A DNA stretch of 64,000 nt, taken from Candidatus Geocrenenecus huangii. Its GTDB lineage: Archaea; Thermoproteota; Nitrososphaeria_A; Caldarchaeales; Wolframiiraptoraceae. The stretch is from NCBI GenBank assembly GCA_023254095.1, contig JALNLM010000004.1:53642-117641 (forward strand), in the 5' to 3' direction. Of this stretch, positions 9,956 through 21,238 are shown piece by piece. The position numbers and the translations under genes are program-made. The notes under the pieces were generated by a model that was given only the letters and a program-made list of their open reading frames with translations, was not told the origin of the DNA and ran no database searches. The stretch's first letter is position 1. Each line of letters begins with the position of its first letter.

Positions 9956-11059
9956 CTAACTTACAATAAAGAATCTGAGCGGTACGAAGGTTAACGCTAG
10001 TATTATGAAGACTAGTGGTATAGCTGTTTTCCGTCTTTTAGAGAGTGGTGAGACTTGGTCTAGTGGAGGTATGTCAGGTGTTCTAGGCATTAACAAGAGT
10101 ATAAGAATCGCAAAGAAGAAATATCCAGTAATAGCGAATATTACAACGGAGACGTATCCCGCGATCCTATGCTGCCTCCTGCTTAGGAAACTTCTGAAAA
10201 CTCTACCACCATCAAGTTGCCAAGCGGGGAAAAGGTTTAAAGCAGTTACAAGCATTCCAAGCCATGCTGCGAACCCTATCGTTGAAAATAGCGGAACCAT
10301 ATCCGGTCTACCGAATAGTGGGCGTGCAAGATAGAATATTAAAGGTGAAGGTAGGAGGAAACCGCCCTCGGCTAGAACTTGATTAATTATCGTATCATAT
10401 TCTGTTTCTGGAATCCATCTAGCCGTCATAAAAGAGACGAGGAGTACCCCTATACTTACTATAAAGCCTCCTATAGGTCCGCTAATACCTATGTCGAACA
10501 TATCATCTCTATTGATTATAGGGCTTTTCTGGAAGATCAGAGCACCGAAAGTCGGAATCATAGTAGGTATGCCTGGGATGAAGTATGGTGGACTCGACTC
10601 CATGTAGTCTATCTTCGCAGATATCTTGTGGCCGAGTTCATGTACCCCTATTATAGACATCAAGGCAACTGCGAAGAGTAATGCGTCTATAAACCTATCT
10701 AGGAACCCCGTCTTACCTGTAATGATCTCATACACGGTCGTAGTAGATCTCAGGTATCCGTCTATAGATATTGTTATCAACGTTGCTATGAAGAGCAGTA
10801 GAGGAAGTATACGGGACTTCGGTATAGGTATCTCAACCCGAGGTTTCGGGAATATTCTTATAATTATCTTACCATCTTCTCTAGTTGCTGTAGGGACTAA
10901 ATCATGTTGTTTAAGCTCTTTATAGAGATGTCTAAATTTCTCTTTTATGTCTTCATCATATACTCTAAAAGTCAGGATTCCTGCATCTAGATACACGTCT
11001 AGGATGGTAAAGTATCTCCCAACTATAGTTTTGACAGAGTCAAGATCGTTTACATACAT
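9956..11059 (-). CDS. Site-2 (M50) intramembrane zinc metalloprotease
   Basis: HELGH, DIGISGP and LNLFPAWQLDGG, with multiple TM helices. Confidence 0.93.
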   Translation of the reverse strand: MYVNDLDSVKTIVGRYFTILDVYLDAGILTFRVYDEDIKEKFRHLYKELKQHDLVPTATREDGKIIIRIFPKPRVEIPIPKSRILPLLLFIATLITISIDGYLRSTTTVYEIITGKTGFLDRFIDALLFAVALMSIIGVHELGHKISAKIDYMESSPPYFIPGIPTMIPTFGALIFQKSPIINRDDMFDIGISGPIGGFIVSIGVLLVSFMTARWIPETEYDTIINQVLAEGGFLLPSPLIFYLARPLFGRPDMVPLFSTIGFAAWLGMLVTALNLFPAWQLDGGRVFRSFLSRRQHRIAGYVSVVIFAITGYFFFAILILLLMPRTPDIPPLDQVSPLSKRRKTAIPLVFIILALTFVPLRFFIVS

Positions 11060-11386
11060 TGCTTATTCCTTTACCCTTAACCACTTAAATGTATTATTTG
11101 TATTTTAAACCTTTCTGGAAACACTGAATTTAAGTAATAGACATAACACATCAAAGTTTGTGGAACACTTTTCCAAGTCTCTATTCAAAATTGTAGACTA
11201 GAGATATAAATGAGACTCTCTTAAGATGCACCTATAGTTAAAGAACTAAGAAGAATCGGAGATCTAACTTATCATTAATCTAAGACCTTCTAGCAGTATT
11301 CTACAATATTACATTGACCACAATGGATCTTACTTAGTTGAATATGAGCAATATTTATGCCTTGGAATTTTTAATGTATTTCTGGA

Positions 11387-11899
11387 TTGGTGACTGTGGA
11401 AGCAAAACCTGAGAAGCCCTTCATTACTAGAGAAGCTTCAGAAAAAGACCTGATCGCGGTTATGAACATTAATCGGATATGTCTCCCAGAAAATTATACG
11501 TACGGGTTCTTCGAGATGATTCTTCATTCTTATCCTAAGAGCTTCCTAGTAGCTGAAATTGATGGACACATAGCAGGATACATTATGTGTAGAGTTGAAA
11601 GAATATTATCAAGATTTCAAAGATTCAAGATCTCTAAAGCAGGTCACGTAATATCTATAGCCGTACTGCCTGAATACAGAAAGATAGGGATAGCTTCTTC
11701 TCTACTTAAGAATGCCATGAAGGTCTTGAGAGAAGTTTATGGCTGTAGCGAGATATTCCTCGAGGTAAGAGTCTCGAATATCCCTGCAATAAACCTGTAT
11801 GAAAAAATTGGATTTATAAAAGTAGATATTATCAAAAAATATTACATAGACGGTGAAGATGCATACGTGATGGCTAGAGAACTGACAAATATAGATTAA
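11387..11899 (+). CDS. N-alpha-acetyltransferase (Ard1/RimI family)
   Basis: NRICLPENY, GYIMCRVE, GHVISIAV, LEVRVSN, YYIDGEDAYVM. Confidence 0.92.
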   Translation: MVTVEAKPEKPFITREASEKDLIAVMNINRICLPENYTYGFFEMILHSYPKSFLVAEIDGHIAGYIMCRVERILSRFQRFKISKAGHVISIAVLPEYRKIGIASSLLKNAMKVLREVYGCSEIFLEVRVSNIPAINLYEKIGFIKVDIIKKYYIDGEDAYVMARELTNID

Positions 11900-12026
11900 G
11901 CTTCTTAGCTATTTGTCCCTAACTTCGTCTCTTTCGCCTCAACCTTAAGAAGGAAATCTTTGTTAGAGATTGTTTAAGAGGGAAACTATAATAAGATGTT
12001 TTTACTGTTTTAGATGGGTATCTAGG

Positions 12027-12311
12027 TTGCCATATAAGAGGAAGAATAGGGGTAGGAGGAAAGGGGATAAAGGAAGCGAGCCGGCTGTTCAATGCGATAA
12101 TTGTGGAGCATTCGTTCCCAGAAGCAAGATTCAGAGAGTTACAACACGTGTCTCCCTAGTAAGAGGAGATCTAGCTAGAGAACTCAAGCAAATGGGTGCA
12201 TATATCGCTGAAAACGTCGTAGTCAAGAATCTATGCATAAGCTGTGCAATTCACTACGGAATCTTAAAAGTGAGAGCAAGAGAAGAAAGAAGACCGAGAC
12301 AATTTCTGTAG
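12027..12311 (+). CDS. rps26e: 30S ribosomal protein S26e
   Basis: PYKRKNRGRRKGDKG...CDNCG...VPRSK...CISCAIH...VRAR. TTG start at 12027. Confidence 0.95.
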   Translation: MPYKRKNRGRRKGDKGSEPAVQCDNCGAFVPRSKIQRVTTRVSLVRGDLARELKQMGAYIAENVVVKNLCISCAIHYGILKVRAREERRPRQFL

Positions 12312-12430
12312 ATGTTCTCCATGTAGGTTTTCTCTTTATAGCTATACTGGTTAGATCTGACGGCTACTACTAGCCAGAGTACTAACATCAACATTATAAC
12401 CGACCGAATAGATTGTTAGTTAGACTGCGG

Positions 12431-13852
12431 ATGTTTAGAGTTGATGATGTAGCCGTACGTCTTCTAAGCTATGGTCCATCAGCAAAAATCGAGGGAGTCG
12501 AACTAGGTCCAGATATATTGATAGCTCTTGAAGGATTAGGAACGTTCAAAGGCGTAACCATCGAGGACAGATTCAAAGAACTTCAAGCTAAGAGTAGAGA
12601 CCTCATAGACGTGGCCTCAAATATGCACAAGGAATCTACTAGACGTGGACATGCTTCTCTTACAACGTCTCTAATACTACAATTCGAGGTAAATCCGTGT
12701 AGTAGAGTTTCAACAATTCTTCTTGCAGCACAGCCTTTCGGCTCATACTTACAGGAGTCTCAGAGAAGAAGACAGGTAAAAATAGATGATTTCATCATAC
12801 CTCCAGAGATAGTTAAAGTAGAGAGGTATTCGAGGATCTACCATGAAGTGATCTATCATGCTTGGAAATGCTACAGGTCCCTTATCGATAAAGGGGTGCC
12901 AATAGAGGATGCACGTTACCTTCTCCCGTTATCTTCTCGAACATCGATATTCGTAACTGGGAGCCTTGAATCATTCATCTGGCTAATATACTCTTCAGAG
13001 AATAGGGATGCATGGTATTTTCCATCAGAGTTAAAGAAGATAGGAGAATTAATCAATAAGACGGCCTCGAGTGTTTCTCCATTACTTACTTCAGCCCGCC
13101 TCTCATTTAAGCCTCTAAGTTACGTCTATCCATATCCAGACTTATACAAGCGAGAAGATAAGGCAATAGAGGAAATAATCAGGAAGCATCACGTACCTAA
13201 TCAGCTAATACTCTTAGACTTCAGAGTTGAAGAAGGAATAGATGGTCTAATTCAACATGCTTTAAAGAATCCTGAATGCATGAATTCTCTAAATCCGCTA
13301 ATTTATGCTGTAACTCTTGAACCGCTCTCACTTGCAGCATATCATCAATCTATAAGGCATAGAACCGTTCCGACATCGGTTGAATCGATCTATAAAGCAG
13401 TGGAGAGGGCTGAGAAAAAACCTGAAGCTAACGTCATTATCCCACCAACTATAAAATCTAGAGAGGAAACGGTCAACATATTTAATGATGTTGTCTACAG
13501 ATTATTAGAGGCATACTCAAATCTAATAGCTGAGAATTTACCTCCGTCAGAGGCCATATATCTTTGCCCTCAAGCATTAAGGATATACGCTGTAAGGAGG
13601 TATGATGCATTCAATCTACTCTGGCCACAGGGATACATTGGTACAAGAACGTGTAGCTACGCTCAGTGGGAAGAGAGAATGATTGCTTACAGTATATGGA
13701 GGGGTATAGAAAAGTTTTCACCCGACATAGGTAGGTTAATGGGGGAAAAATGTAAACATCTAGGATACTGCCCAGAGAAGGATTGGTGTCAAATAATAAA
13801 GAAATACTTTCCCGACTATAATGATGAAATACATAGGAAGATGATGGAATAG
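12431..13852 (+). CDS. thyX: FAD-dependent thymidylate synthase, tandem two-domain form
   Basis: RRGHASL, QESQRR, EDARYLLP, second-half RHR, RTCSYAQWE, and C-terminal CxxLGYCPE. Confidence 0.8.
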   Translation: MFRVDDVAVRLLSYGPSAKIEGVELGPDILIALEGLGTFKGVTIEDRFKELQAKSRDLIDVASNMHKESTRRGHASLTTSLILQFEVNPCSRVSTILLAAQPFGSYLQESQRRRQVKIDDFIIPPEIVKVERYSRIYHEVIYHAWKCYRSLIDKGVPIEDARYLLPLSSRTSIFVTGSLESFIWLIYSSENRDAWYFPSELKKIGELINKTASSVSPLLTSARLSFKPLSYVYPYPDLYKREDKAIEEIIRKHHVPNQLILLDFRVEEGIDGLIQHALKNPECMNSLNPLIYAVTLEPLSLAAYHQSIRHRTVPTSVESIYKAVERAEKKPEANVIIPPTIKSREETVNIFNDVVYRLLEAYSNLIAENLPPSEAIYLCPQALRIYAVRRYDAFNLLWPQGYIGTRTCSYAQWEERMIAYSIWRGIEKFSPDIGRLMGEKCKHLGYCPEKDWCQIIKKYFPDYNDEIHRKMME

Positions 13853-13883
13853 CATTGTCAATTCTGCTTTAAGGAATACATAG

Positions 13884-14681
13884 TTACTCGAGGCTTACAA
13901 CCTCGATTACCTCTCCATCAACAATTTTTACCCCTCTCGGAACAATGCCGTAGAATCTACATGAGAAGATCGTTTTTAGCCTTCCATTAAATAATTCTCC
14001 ATACCCTTCTGGGTAAGGTTCATGTGCTCGAACAAGCATCTTAAGATTATTCTTCTCCATAAAAAGATTGAATGCTCTCCAACCATATAGCTTGGCCCCT
14101 CCTCCTCTCCAACTAGGTGTAAACCATTCAACATCCTCTGAAGGATCATTCCACAATAACTGGAAACCTATCATGTTCCTAGGACTAAGCTCACCTTTAG
14201 GTATAGTGTTTACTTCTTCGATTTTATCCAGGCCCTCGGGTACACCACCATGTACAGCGAATACTTTCTTATGGATTAGAGCAGCATAGGGTAGCTTCGA
14301 GAAAAGTTTTGCAAAGGAATCATATAGGTCTGGACCATACCTAGAATACACGACGTCCATAAACCCATACCATCTATTTATCTCGACGGTCTCATGATTT
14401 CCTCTTAGCATTAATAGATTATCTCCCCAGCTGAGTTTCGATTCTAGAAGTTTAACGATGTTCTCTACCTGTCTGGGACCTCTATCAACGTAATCTCCTA
14501 GGAATAGTAGTTTAAGCCCTCCTCTCTCAGCGATCTTAAAAGCATTAGTAGTGGTTTCTTCATCTCCATGAGTATCTCCAACAACTAGAAAATCTCCAAA
14601 TTCTTGGACTACTAGCTGTGGCTCACCCTCAAAGAGAGGCTCAGAAGATTCTATCAGATTCTTAATCACTGCTTTATTCAT
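13884..14681 (-). CDS. PPP-family Ser/Thr protein phosphatase
   Basis: GDTHG, GDYVDRG, RGNHE, HGG, LLWNDP, RAHE, TIFS. Confidence 0.93.
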   Translation of the reverse strand: MNKAVIKNLIESSEPLFEGEPQLVVQEFGDFLVVGDTHGDEETTTNAFKIAERGGLKLLFLGDYVDRGPRQVENIVKLLESKLSWGDNLLMLRGNHETVEINRWYGFMDVVYSRYGPDLYDSFAKLFSKLPYAALIHKKVFAVHGGVPEGLDKIEEVNTIPKGELSPRNMIGFQLLWNDPSEDVEWFTPSWRGGGAKLYGWRAFNLFMEKNNLKMLVRAHEPYPEGYGELFNGRLKTIFSCRFYGIVPRGVKIVDGEVIEVVSLE

Positions 14682-14760
14682 AACTCGAAGATAGAGTAAT
14701 CAATGCTGTCTAATCAATCTATCGTAATATCAAAGTATTAAGAAAAAATTCTGTTATGTT

Positions 14761-15648
14761 TTAGCGGCCGGCTTTCTTAAGAACTTTCTTTAGAAGCTCA
14801 GGTATCTGGGATGGTAGTTCAGCCACTTCTACTCCCGCTTCTTTGAGTGCTTTGATTTTGCTAGTTGCGTCCCCCACGCCCATGGATATTATTGCTCCTG
14901 CATGGCCCATTCTCTTACCTGGCGGAGCGGTCCTACCAGCTATGTAGGCCACTACGGGTTTCTCGTAATCTTGCTCTATTATGTATCTTGCAGCTCTCTC
15001 CTCCATGTCTCCTCCTATCTCTCCTATCAAGATGACTGCGACTGTTTCTTCATCTTCCCTAAACATCTCTAATGCATCTATGAAAGATGTTCCCGGGACT
15101 GGGTCTCCGCCTATACCTATAGATGTACTCTGACCTATCCCTGCCTTAGTCATAGCGTAAGCTATCTCGTATGTTAGAGTACCGCTCCTAGAGACTATGC
15201 CGACTCTTCCCTTAGAAAATACGTGCCCAGGCATTATGCCGACTTTCGATACTTCCGGCGAGATCACACCTGGACAGTTAGGTCCAATAATTGTTACGCC
15301 GCTCAGCCTTGCATATCTAACGAATCTCATTGTTTCATGGACTGGGATGCCCTCGGTTATCACGACTATGAGGTCTAAGCCCGCATCGATTGCTTCATAG
15401 ACGGCGTCCGCTGCAAACCTCGATGGAACAAAGATTATAGAAGTGTTTAGTTCTTGGTGTTTTCTAACTGCTTCCATTACGTTATCGTAGACCGGTACTC
15501 CCTCGACTACTGTTCCACCTTTGCCTGGTGTCACTCCTGCAAGTATCTTCGTTCCATAGTTTAGCATTGCTCTTGTATGGAAGCTCCCTTCCCTACCAGT
15601 TATCCCCTGAACAACGACTCTCGTATCGGAATCTATTAGGACCGTCAT
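14761..15648 (-). CDS. sucD: Succinyl-CoA synthetase alpha subunit
   Basis: [27 protein letters not shown] and MGHAGA (phospho-His). Confidence 0.97.
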   Translation of the reverse strand: MTVLIDSDTRVVVQGITGREGSFHTRAMLNYGTKILAGVTPGKGGTVVEGVPVYDNVMEAVRKHQELNTSIIFVPSRFAADAVYEAIDAGLDLIVVITEGIPVHETMRFVRYARLSGVTIIGPNCPGVISPEVSKVGIMPGHVFSKGRVGIVSRSGTLTYEIAYAMTKAGIGQSTSIGIGGDPVPGTSFIDALEMFREDEETVAVILIGEIGGDMEERAARYIIEQDYEKPVVAYIAGRTAPPGKRMGHAGAIISMGVGDATSKIKALKEAGVEVAELPSQIPELLKKVLKKAGR

Positions 15649-16778
15649 CTTCTCCCACCCAGCTCTACAGCTTTCCTAGCTGCTTCATCCATTTCTTCTA
15701 GAACATACATCCTGTTTTCTTCAAGGATTCTTCTTCCTTCTTCTTCGTTCGTTCCTTTAAGTCTTACAACAATCTTCTTCATCGCTCCAGTTTTTTCTAA
15801 TGCTCTAACTATTCCATTAGCTACTTCATCGCATCTAGTTATTCCGCCGAGTATGTTGATGAAAACCACCTCCGTCTTCGGATGTTGGAGTAGTAGGCTC
15901 ACGGCTCTCTCAACGAGGTCTGCCCTAGCCCCTCCACCTATATCTAGGAAGTTTGCGGGTCTCCCTCCGAGAACATATACTGAATCCATTGTGGCCATAG
16001 TTAACCCCGCTCCATTGCATAGTATCCCAATATTCCCATCTAATTCTACATAGCTGAAGTTCATCTTCTTCGCTTCAGCTTCATAGTATGTTAGGTCTCT
16101 AACTAACTCGCTTGAAAACTCCGGATACTTGTATAGAGCATTATCATCGAGGATCACTTTTGCATCTATTGCTTCTAATCCACCCTCAGGAGTTAGAGCA
16201 AGAGGGTTTATCTCGGCAAGCTCGCAGTTATAGTAATCAAAGACTCGGTAAAGGTTAATAATTATTTCTTGAGCTTTCTTTAATGCTGGCTCACTTAGCT
16301 CAAGAAATCTAGCTGCTTGTCTTGCTTGATAGTCTCTAATCCCTATTATTGGGTCAACGACGATTCTGAGTATCTTCTCAGGCTTTGTACGGGCCAGTTC
16401 TTCAATATCAACTCCACCTTCAGGTGAAGCCAAGATGACTGGCGCTCCAATACTTCTATCAATAATAATACTTAGGTATAGTTCTCTATCTATATCTACG
16501 GCTCTGGAAACTATTATCTTGTTTACCTTCTCTCCCTTGATTTCTGATCCAAGCATTTGCTTAGCATAACCGTATGCTTCATCAGGGTTATCTGCAAGCT
16601 TAACCCCTCCAGCTTTGCCCCTACCCGCAACCAAGACTTGCGCCTTAATAACTACTCTGCCAGCAATCTCTTCCGCAGCTTCCCGAGCTCCTTCAGGAGT
16701 AGACACAGTCTTGAACCTAGGTACAGGAATACCGAACCGAGTAAAAATATTTCTAGCCTCATACTCGTACAGCTTCAT
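15645..16778 (-). CDS. sucC: Succinyl-CoA synthetase beta subunit
   Basis: [42 protein letters not shown]. Confidence 0.97.
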   Translation of the reverse strand: MKLYEYEARNIFTRFGIPVPRFKTVSTPEGAREAAEEIAGRVVIKAQVLVAGRGKAGGVKLADNPDEAYGYAKQMLGSEIKGEKVNKIIVSRAVDIDRELYLSIIIDRSIGAPVILASPEGGVDIEELARTKPEKILRIVVDPIIGIRDYQARQAARFLELSEPALKKAQEIIINLYRVFDYYNCELAEINPLALTPEGGLEAIDAKVILDDNALYKYPEFSSELVRDLTYYEAEAKKMNFSYVELDGNIGILCNGAGLTMATMDSVYVLGGRPANFLDIGGGARADLVERAVSLLLQHPKTEVVFINILGGITRCDEVANGIVRALEKTGAMKKIVVRLKGTNEEEGRRILEENRMYVLEEMDEAARKAVELGGRR

Positions 16779-16877
16779 ACAGCATAGATGGTATGAACTA
16801 TATAATGAATTTTATTCATACATTATATTCCTGATTAACTATGGGGGGAATCTTCTAACTCTTAACGGTTGCGAGTT

Positions 16878-17495
16878 TTATTCCTTGCTCTTCGGCTTTA
16901 TGTATATTTTACTACCTATGATTGTATTGTTTGGAACCAATATTTTCACACCATCGGACTTCATGAGTACCGTGAAGAGTGTTGAAACATCTTCTACAAC
17001 GCCTTCTTCTCCACCGAGAACTGCGGTGTCTCCAATCTTGACAGGCCTTGCTATTAATAAGAGTAATCCTGAAATTGCTTGGCCAAGTACTTGCTGTGAG
17101 GCAAACCCTATAACCATCCCTATAAATCCTCCTAGAGCCACTCCAGCTGCACCTCCTGCTACGCCTCCAGCTATACCTGCCAGAAGAGCCCCCACACCCA
17201 CGATCTTAACAATGTTCCTTACCGCCGCGGATGTTGAATGATCATATTTTGCTCTCATAGACCAGTAGAAAAATGTTGCAATGCTATTAACTATCAAGTA
17301 CCCGAATCCTACTGCGAGAAGTATGTTCACGTATCCTAGGTAGTCTATGAGGTTTATCTCATATCTTAATAGAAGGTCTTTGAAGACCCATTGTATAACA
17401 GCGGCAACGGCTACGTACGATCCAATGTATAGAATAGTTTTTACTAAAGAGGTGGTTGTCTTCTTCGCAATCTCGGATTTAGTTAATTCGAGCAT
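16878..17495 (-). CDS. Small-conductance mechanosensitive channel (MscS family)
   Basis: GMVIGFASQQVLGQAISG...RPVKIGD...VPN, TM3 plus beta domain. Confidence 0.88.
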   Translation of the reverse strand: MLELTKSEIAKKTTTSLVKTILYIGSYVAVAAVIQWVFKDLLLRYEINLIDYLGYVNILLAVGFGYLIVNSIATFFYWSMRAKYDHSTSAAVRNIVKIVGVGALLAGIAGGVAGGAAGVALGGFIGMVIGFASQQVLGQAISGLLLLIARPVKIGDTAVLGGEEGVVEDVSTLFTVLMKSDGVKILVPNNTIIGSKIYIKPKSKE

Positions 17496-17615
17496 GTAGA
17501 TGTCTATAGTTAATATCGGATAAATATTTTTCCATCCGAATAATCCTTACGAGAATGTTCGTTGATAAGAGAGTATCCTTATATTTTGATGAGACCATGT
17601 TAAGAAGATGACTAC

Positions 17616-18500
17616 TTGAAAGCGTCATACATTATTGAGAGGATCGGAGTCTACTACTCTGTTACTAAGCCCAGAGTTTGGTATCTACTAGCATATACTG
17701 CTTTCGGCGGATACATAGCAGGCTCCGGAGCAACCGTAGACTGGGTTAAAGCATTTATAGCGACTCTATCAGTTATACTTGCCTCTGCGGGCTCTGAAGC
17801 GATAGCGAACTTCATTGAAAAGGATATTGATGCATTGATGGAAAGAACTAAGAATAGACCATTACCATCTGGAAAGATTAGACCTGAATGGAAAGCGTTG
17901 ATTCTAGGATTAATCTTAACCAGCCTCGGAGCATATATAGGATACACTATCAACTTGCTAGCCCTAATCTTCATCTTAATCGGAGTACTTGACTACGTAG
18001 TCATATACGTAATGCTATCAAAGAAGAAGACGCCTCTAAACATTGTACTTGGCAGCGTTGCAGGAGGAGCCCCTACGATGGTTGGATATGTCTCAGCTGC
18101 TAATCAGATAACTCTGGATTCTGTAATCCTCGCAGGAATAGTCGTCTTATGGATACCGAGCCATATTTGGAGTCTAGCCTTAAGATACAAAGAAGACTAT
18201 ATGAAGGCAGGGATACCGATGCTCCCAATAGTTATCAGTGAAGATAAAGCAATAAGATGTATTTCGTCTACAGCAATCATATTGATGATTTTCTCAATAC
18301 TAGTACACTTCATTAATCCTTTAAAATACGGATATATCTATCTGGCCTCAGCAACAGTCTCCGGGTCAATCCTACTATACTTTGCCCTCAAACTAATATA
18401 TAGACCTAGTAAGACCCTGGCGTGGAAAATGTTCAAGTATACTTCCCCTCACCTTGCAGTTATCTTTACTGTAATAATTATTGAATCGCTACTAGCATAG
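17616..18500 (+). CDS. cyoE: Heme O synthase (protoheme IX farnesyltransferase)
   Basis: TKPR, DIDALMERTKNRPLPSG, LWIPSHIWSLA, EDYMKAGIPMLP. Confidence 0.93.
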   Translation: MKASYIIERIGVYYSVTKPRVWYLLAYTAFGGYIAGSGATVDWVKAFIATLSVILASAGSEAIANFIEKDIDALMERTKNRPLPSGKIRPEWKALILGLILTSLGAYIGYTINLLALIFILIGVLDYVVIYVMLSKKKTPLNIVLGSVAGGAPTMVGYVSAANQITLDSVILAGIVVLWIPSHIWSLALRYKEDYMKAGIPMLPIVISEDKAIRCISSTAIILMIFSILVHFINPLKYGYIYLASATVSGSILLYFALKLIYRPSKTLAWKMFKYTSPHLAVIFTVIIIESLLA

Positions 18501-18571
18501 AGTAGGAAAACTAACAGTAATAGAATTAGATAATGTTTTATGCCACCTAGTATAATCTAGTAATGTAGTAG

Positions 18572-19102
18572 GTGAACAATGAGATTATGAGAGAAGATAA
18601 AGTCGGCGAGAAGATAAGCTTTCATCTAGTGGAAGATGCTTGGAATACTCTGAGAACAGAGTTCAGTAGAATAATTGGAGAAGAAGAGGCAATCTTGGTA
18701 ACCGTTTTTAGATTTTCTTCACCTTCTCACAAAATGGAAGAAGAATCTGAAGAAGAGAGAAAAATGCATTTTGAGACCCCCTTCGTGAAGGATGTCAAGA
18801 AGATCGTCAAGAAGATAAAAGAGAAATTCAAAGCTGAATCTCATATACATCTACATCCGAGGCATGGATCGGTAACCTTCATGATGGTGTCTTCCGGAGA
18901 ACTTCTAGTAGATAATTTTAGAAGCATAGTCGCTGAAGCATCCACATGTGAAGAGTGCGTCCTTGAATATTTAGAGGGCGAGGTAAGAATAGGAGAAGAA
19001 GTAGCCACGTTATTCTACGGTTCATCAGCAAATGTAATTTTTATTCTCCCAGCGGCTGATGGTAGAAAATTAAAGCTTATTGAGGCGGTTATGTCAATCT
19101 AA
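18572..19102 (+). CDS. Hypothetical His/Cys-containing protein
   Basis: 176-aa ORF with SHIHLHPRH and CEEC motifs. Confidence 0.7.
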   Translation: MNNEIMREDKVGEKISFHLVEDAWNTLRTEFSRIIGEEEAILVTVFRFSSPSHKMEEESEEERKMHFETPFVKDVKKIVKKIKEKFKAESHIHLHPRHGSVTFMMVSSGELLVDNFRSIVAEASTCEECVLEYLEGEVRIGEEVATLFYGSSANVIFILPAADGRKLKLIEAVMSI

Positions 19103-19601
19103 GTTTTTCACCATATCTTTCAGAGAAAACGATCTCTGATAATTCCCTTCTACTCTTTACTCCTTTTATCTTCTTCACTGGGTAGCCGAAGCCTATTATC
19201 GCGGCTATCGTCAGATTGTCCGGGATACCGTACTCTTCCTTCATCTCTCTTTCTCTTACTCCAGTGTATATGCATGAACCAACTCCCATACTCCATGCTG
19301 TAAGCTGCATGTTCTGGATGGCTCTACCAGCATCTATTAAGTGGAATGGATATTTTGGGTCTGTTAGAACTATTATTGCGAAGTCTGCTCCCGCAACCCA
19401 TTTGCCTGTTGTGCTTAGTTCTGCAAGCTTCTTTAAGTTATCCTCATCCTCTACCAAAATGAACCTCCAATGCTGTAGGTTTAACCCTGTAGGGGACATC
19501 CTGGCAGCTTCTAGAATTCGGAGCTTAACATCATCTGGAACTCTTTCACCTAAATATTCTCTAACCTCTATTCTGGAAACAATGGCCTCGAAAACTTCCA
19601 T
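19089..19601 (-). CDS. Nitroreductase family protein
   Basis: SRIEVREY, ARMSPTGLNLQHW, DAGRAIQNMQL, GVGSC, FGYP. Confidence 0.92.
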   Translation of the reverse strand: MEVFEAIVSRIEVREYLGERVPDDVKLRILEAARMSPTGLNLQHWRFILVEDEDNLKKLAELSTTGKWVAGADFAIIVLTDPKYPFHLIDAGRAIQNMQLTAWSMGVGSCIYTGVREREMKEEYGIPDNLTIAAIIGFGYPVKKIKGVKSRRELSEIVFSERYGEKLRLT

Positions 19602-19663
19602 ACAATACTTTACCGCTAGGTAGATTAAAAATATTTTTAGATAGTCTCCTGCTTAAAGGTGGT

Positions 19664-21238
19664 TTATTCTTGTTCTGTCGTTTCTAGTATTCTTCTATAG
19701 TATTGTCTTACCGATTTACCTTCTCTACGTTCCCACTCTTCTATGGGGGTCCCGTAGAATCTTTGAATTCTATCCCTGTACCAATGGGATAGTACGTTGA
19801 ATGCGCAGAAGGGAATAGCACGGTTATCTGGTGTTAGATAGTGGATCCCACATCTCATTACTCTTTCTACATCGTAGTTATAGAGATCCATGAAATGCAT
19901 CATTCCCAAGAACAAGCTTCTCCTATGCCAGTCTCCTACACTCTTATAGTCATGCTTAACTATCATTTCGTAGATCATCCTTTTAACATTTATTCCCTCA
20001 GGTTGCTTGTCTTCATGAATGTATTTTCCGAAATCCCAAAGTATTTTCGCCGCGGTTATGAACCTACTCTTCCCAGATTGTAATTCTTCTGCTCTATCTT
20101 GAAGATATTTTATCAATCCATCAATATCTATGAATTGTGTTATCGGGACTAGTCTATCGCCATCTTTAAATACATATGTTCCTGCACCGCATACGAAATG
20201 CGTTGAAAGCTCGTATTTCGGAGACTTTACAAGCGCCTCAATCATGTGGGTTAGAGGAGTGCATGCTGGAACTGGGAACCAGGCTTCTCTCGGTATCTCA
20301 CCATTTGTCTGCTCCTCTATCTTGATTATACAGTCGGGTATAGTTATCCTATATTTTTCTCTTTCTTTGTAGGTTAATCTACCTGTTAAGGATACGGGTT
20401 GGAAGTTAACAGACCTTATGATATCTATATTCTTGAAACCGAATCTTATTATATCTCCAAGCTCATGGTCGTTGACCCCGCGAATTATTGTAGGTACAAG
20501 CACTATGCCTACATTCAGCTTCCTAGCATTCTCGATAACTTTAGGTACTTCCCAATGATTTTTCGGGTTAGTCCTAGGTGTAACACCGTCGAAGCTTAGG
20601 TAGAGATTGCTTACACCCGCTTCCTTTACTTTCTTAAAGAACTCGAAATCATATGAAAGCCTGATACCATTAGTGTTAAGTTGAATGTGGTCGACACCTT
20701 CTTCTTTTATTACTTTAATGATCTCGGGTAGGTCATCTCTTAGAGCAGGCTCCCCACCGGTGATCTGAACAGAATTCCCTGGAACAGGATATTCCCTCCT
20801 AAGGATTCTAACCATTTCTCTAATCTGGTCGATCGAGGGCTCATACACATACCCAGCGCGCTCAGCAAAGAAGAAACAGTACCAACAATAGAGATCGCAT
20901 CTATTCGTTACTACTATGTTAGCTAAGGCTGTGTGGCTCAGATGACCTGGACAGAGTCCGCAGTTAGCTGGGCAGGCATATCCCAAGATATTTATGTTCG
21001 GGTTACCTGTACCCTTACCATCATGTGCGTACTTATTGAATCTCTTATACATTTCAGCATCGCCATAGTAAAGTTCGACGATCTTGCCGTGGGTAGGACA
21101 TTCTTTCTCCAAGAAGATCTTGTTGTCTCTCTCAACTACCTCGGCTGGAATAACTAGGCTACATTCTGGACAGACGCTAAGAGTAGTTTTCAAGACTTGT
21201 TTAACCTCGCTTACCTCGTTAATACTCTGCCTCAACAT
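19664..21238 (-). CDS. tes: Radical-SAM tetraether lipid synthase (Tes / GDGT-MAS family)
   Basis: N-terminal SVCPEC...CPTHG, CPANCGLCPGH, CDLYCWYC SAM cluster, QITGGEP, C-terminal MHFMDLYNYD..R..RC.IHY..PD...IPFCAFN. Confidence 0.88.
   Translation of the reverse strand: MLRQSINEVSEVKQVLKTTLSVCPECSLVIPAEVVERDNKIFLEKECPTHGKIVELYYGDAEMYKRFNKYAHDGKGTGNPNINILGYACPANCGLCPGHLSHTALANIVVTNRCDLYCWYCFFFAERAGYVYEPSIDQIREMVRILRREYPVPGNSVQITGGEPALRDDLPEIIKVIKEEGVDHIQLNTNGIRLSYDFEFFKKVKEAGVSNLYLSFDGVTPRTNPKNHWEVPKVIENARKLNVGIVLVPTIIRGVNDHELGDIIRFGFKNIDIIRSVNFQPVSLTGRLTYKEREKYRITIPDCIIKIEEQTNGEIPREAWFPVPACTPLTHMIEALVKSPKYELSTHFVCGAGTYVFKDGDRLVPITQFIDIDGLIKYLQDRAEELQSGKSRFITAAKILWDFGKYIHEDKQPEGINVKRMIYEMIVKHDYKSVGDWHRRSLFLGMMHFMDLYNYDVERVMRCGIHYLTPDNRAIPFCAFNVLSHWYRDRIQRFYGTPIEEWERREGKSVRQYYRRILETTEQE

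Noticed and set aside
16615-17241. 208-aa plus-strand ORF and the many other 60-185 aa ORF-track entries overlapping called genes
   Set aside because: Antisense or alternate-frame shadows of well-supported genes (here mscS/sucC), with no motifs of their own.
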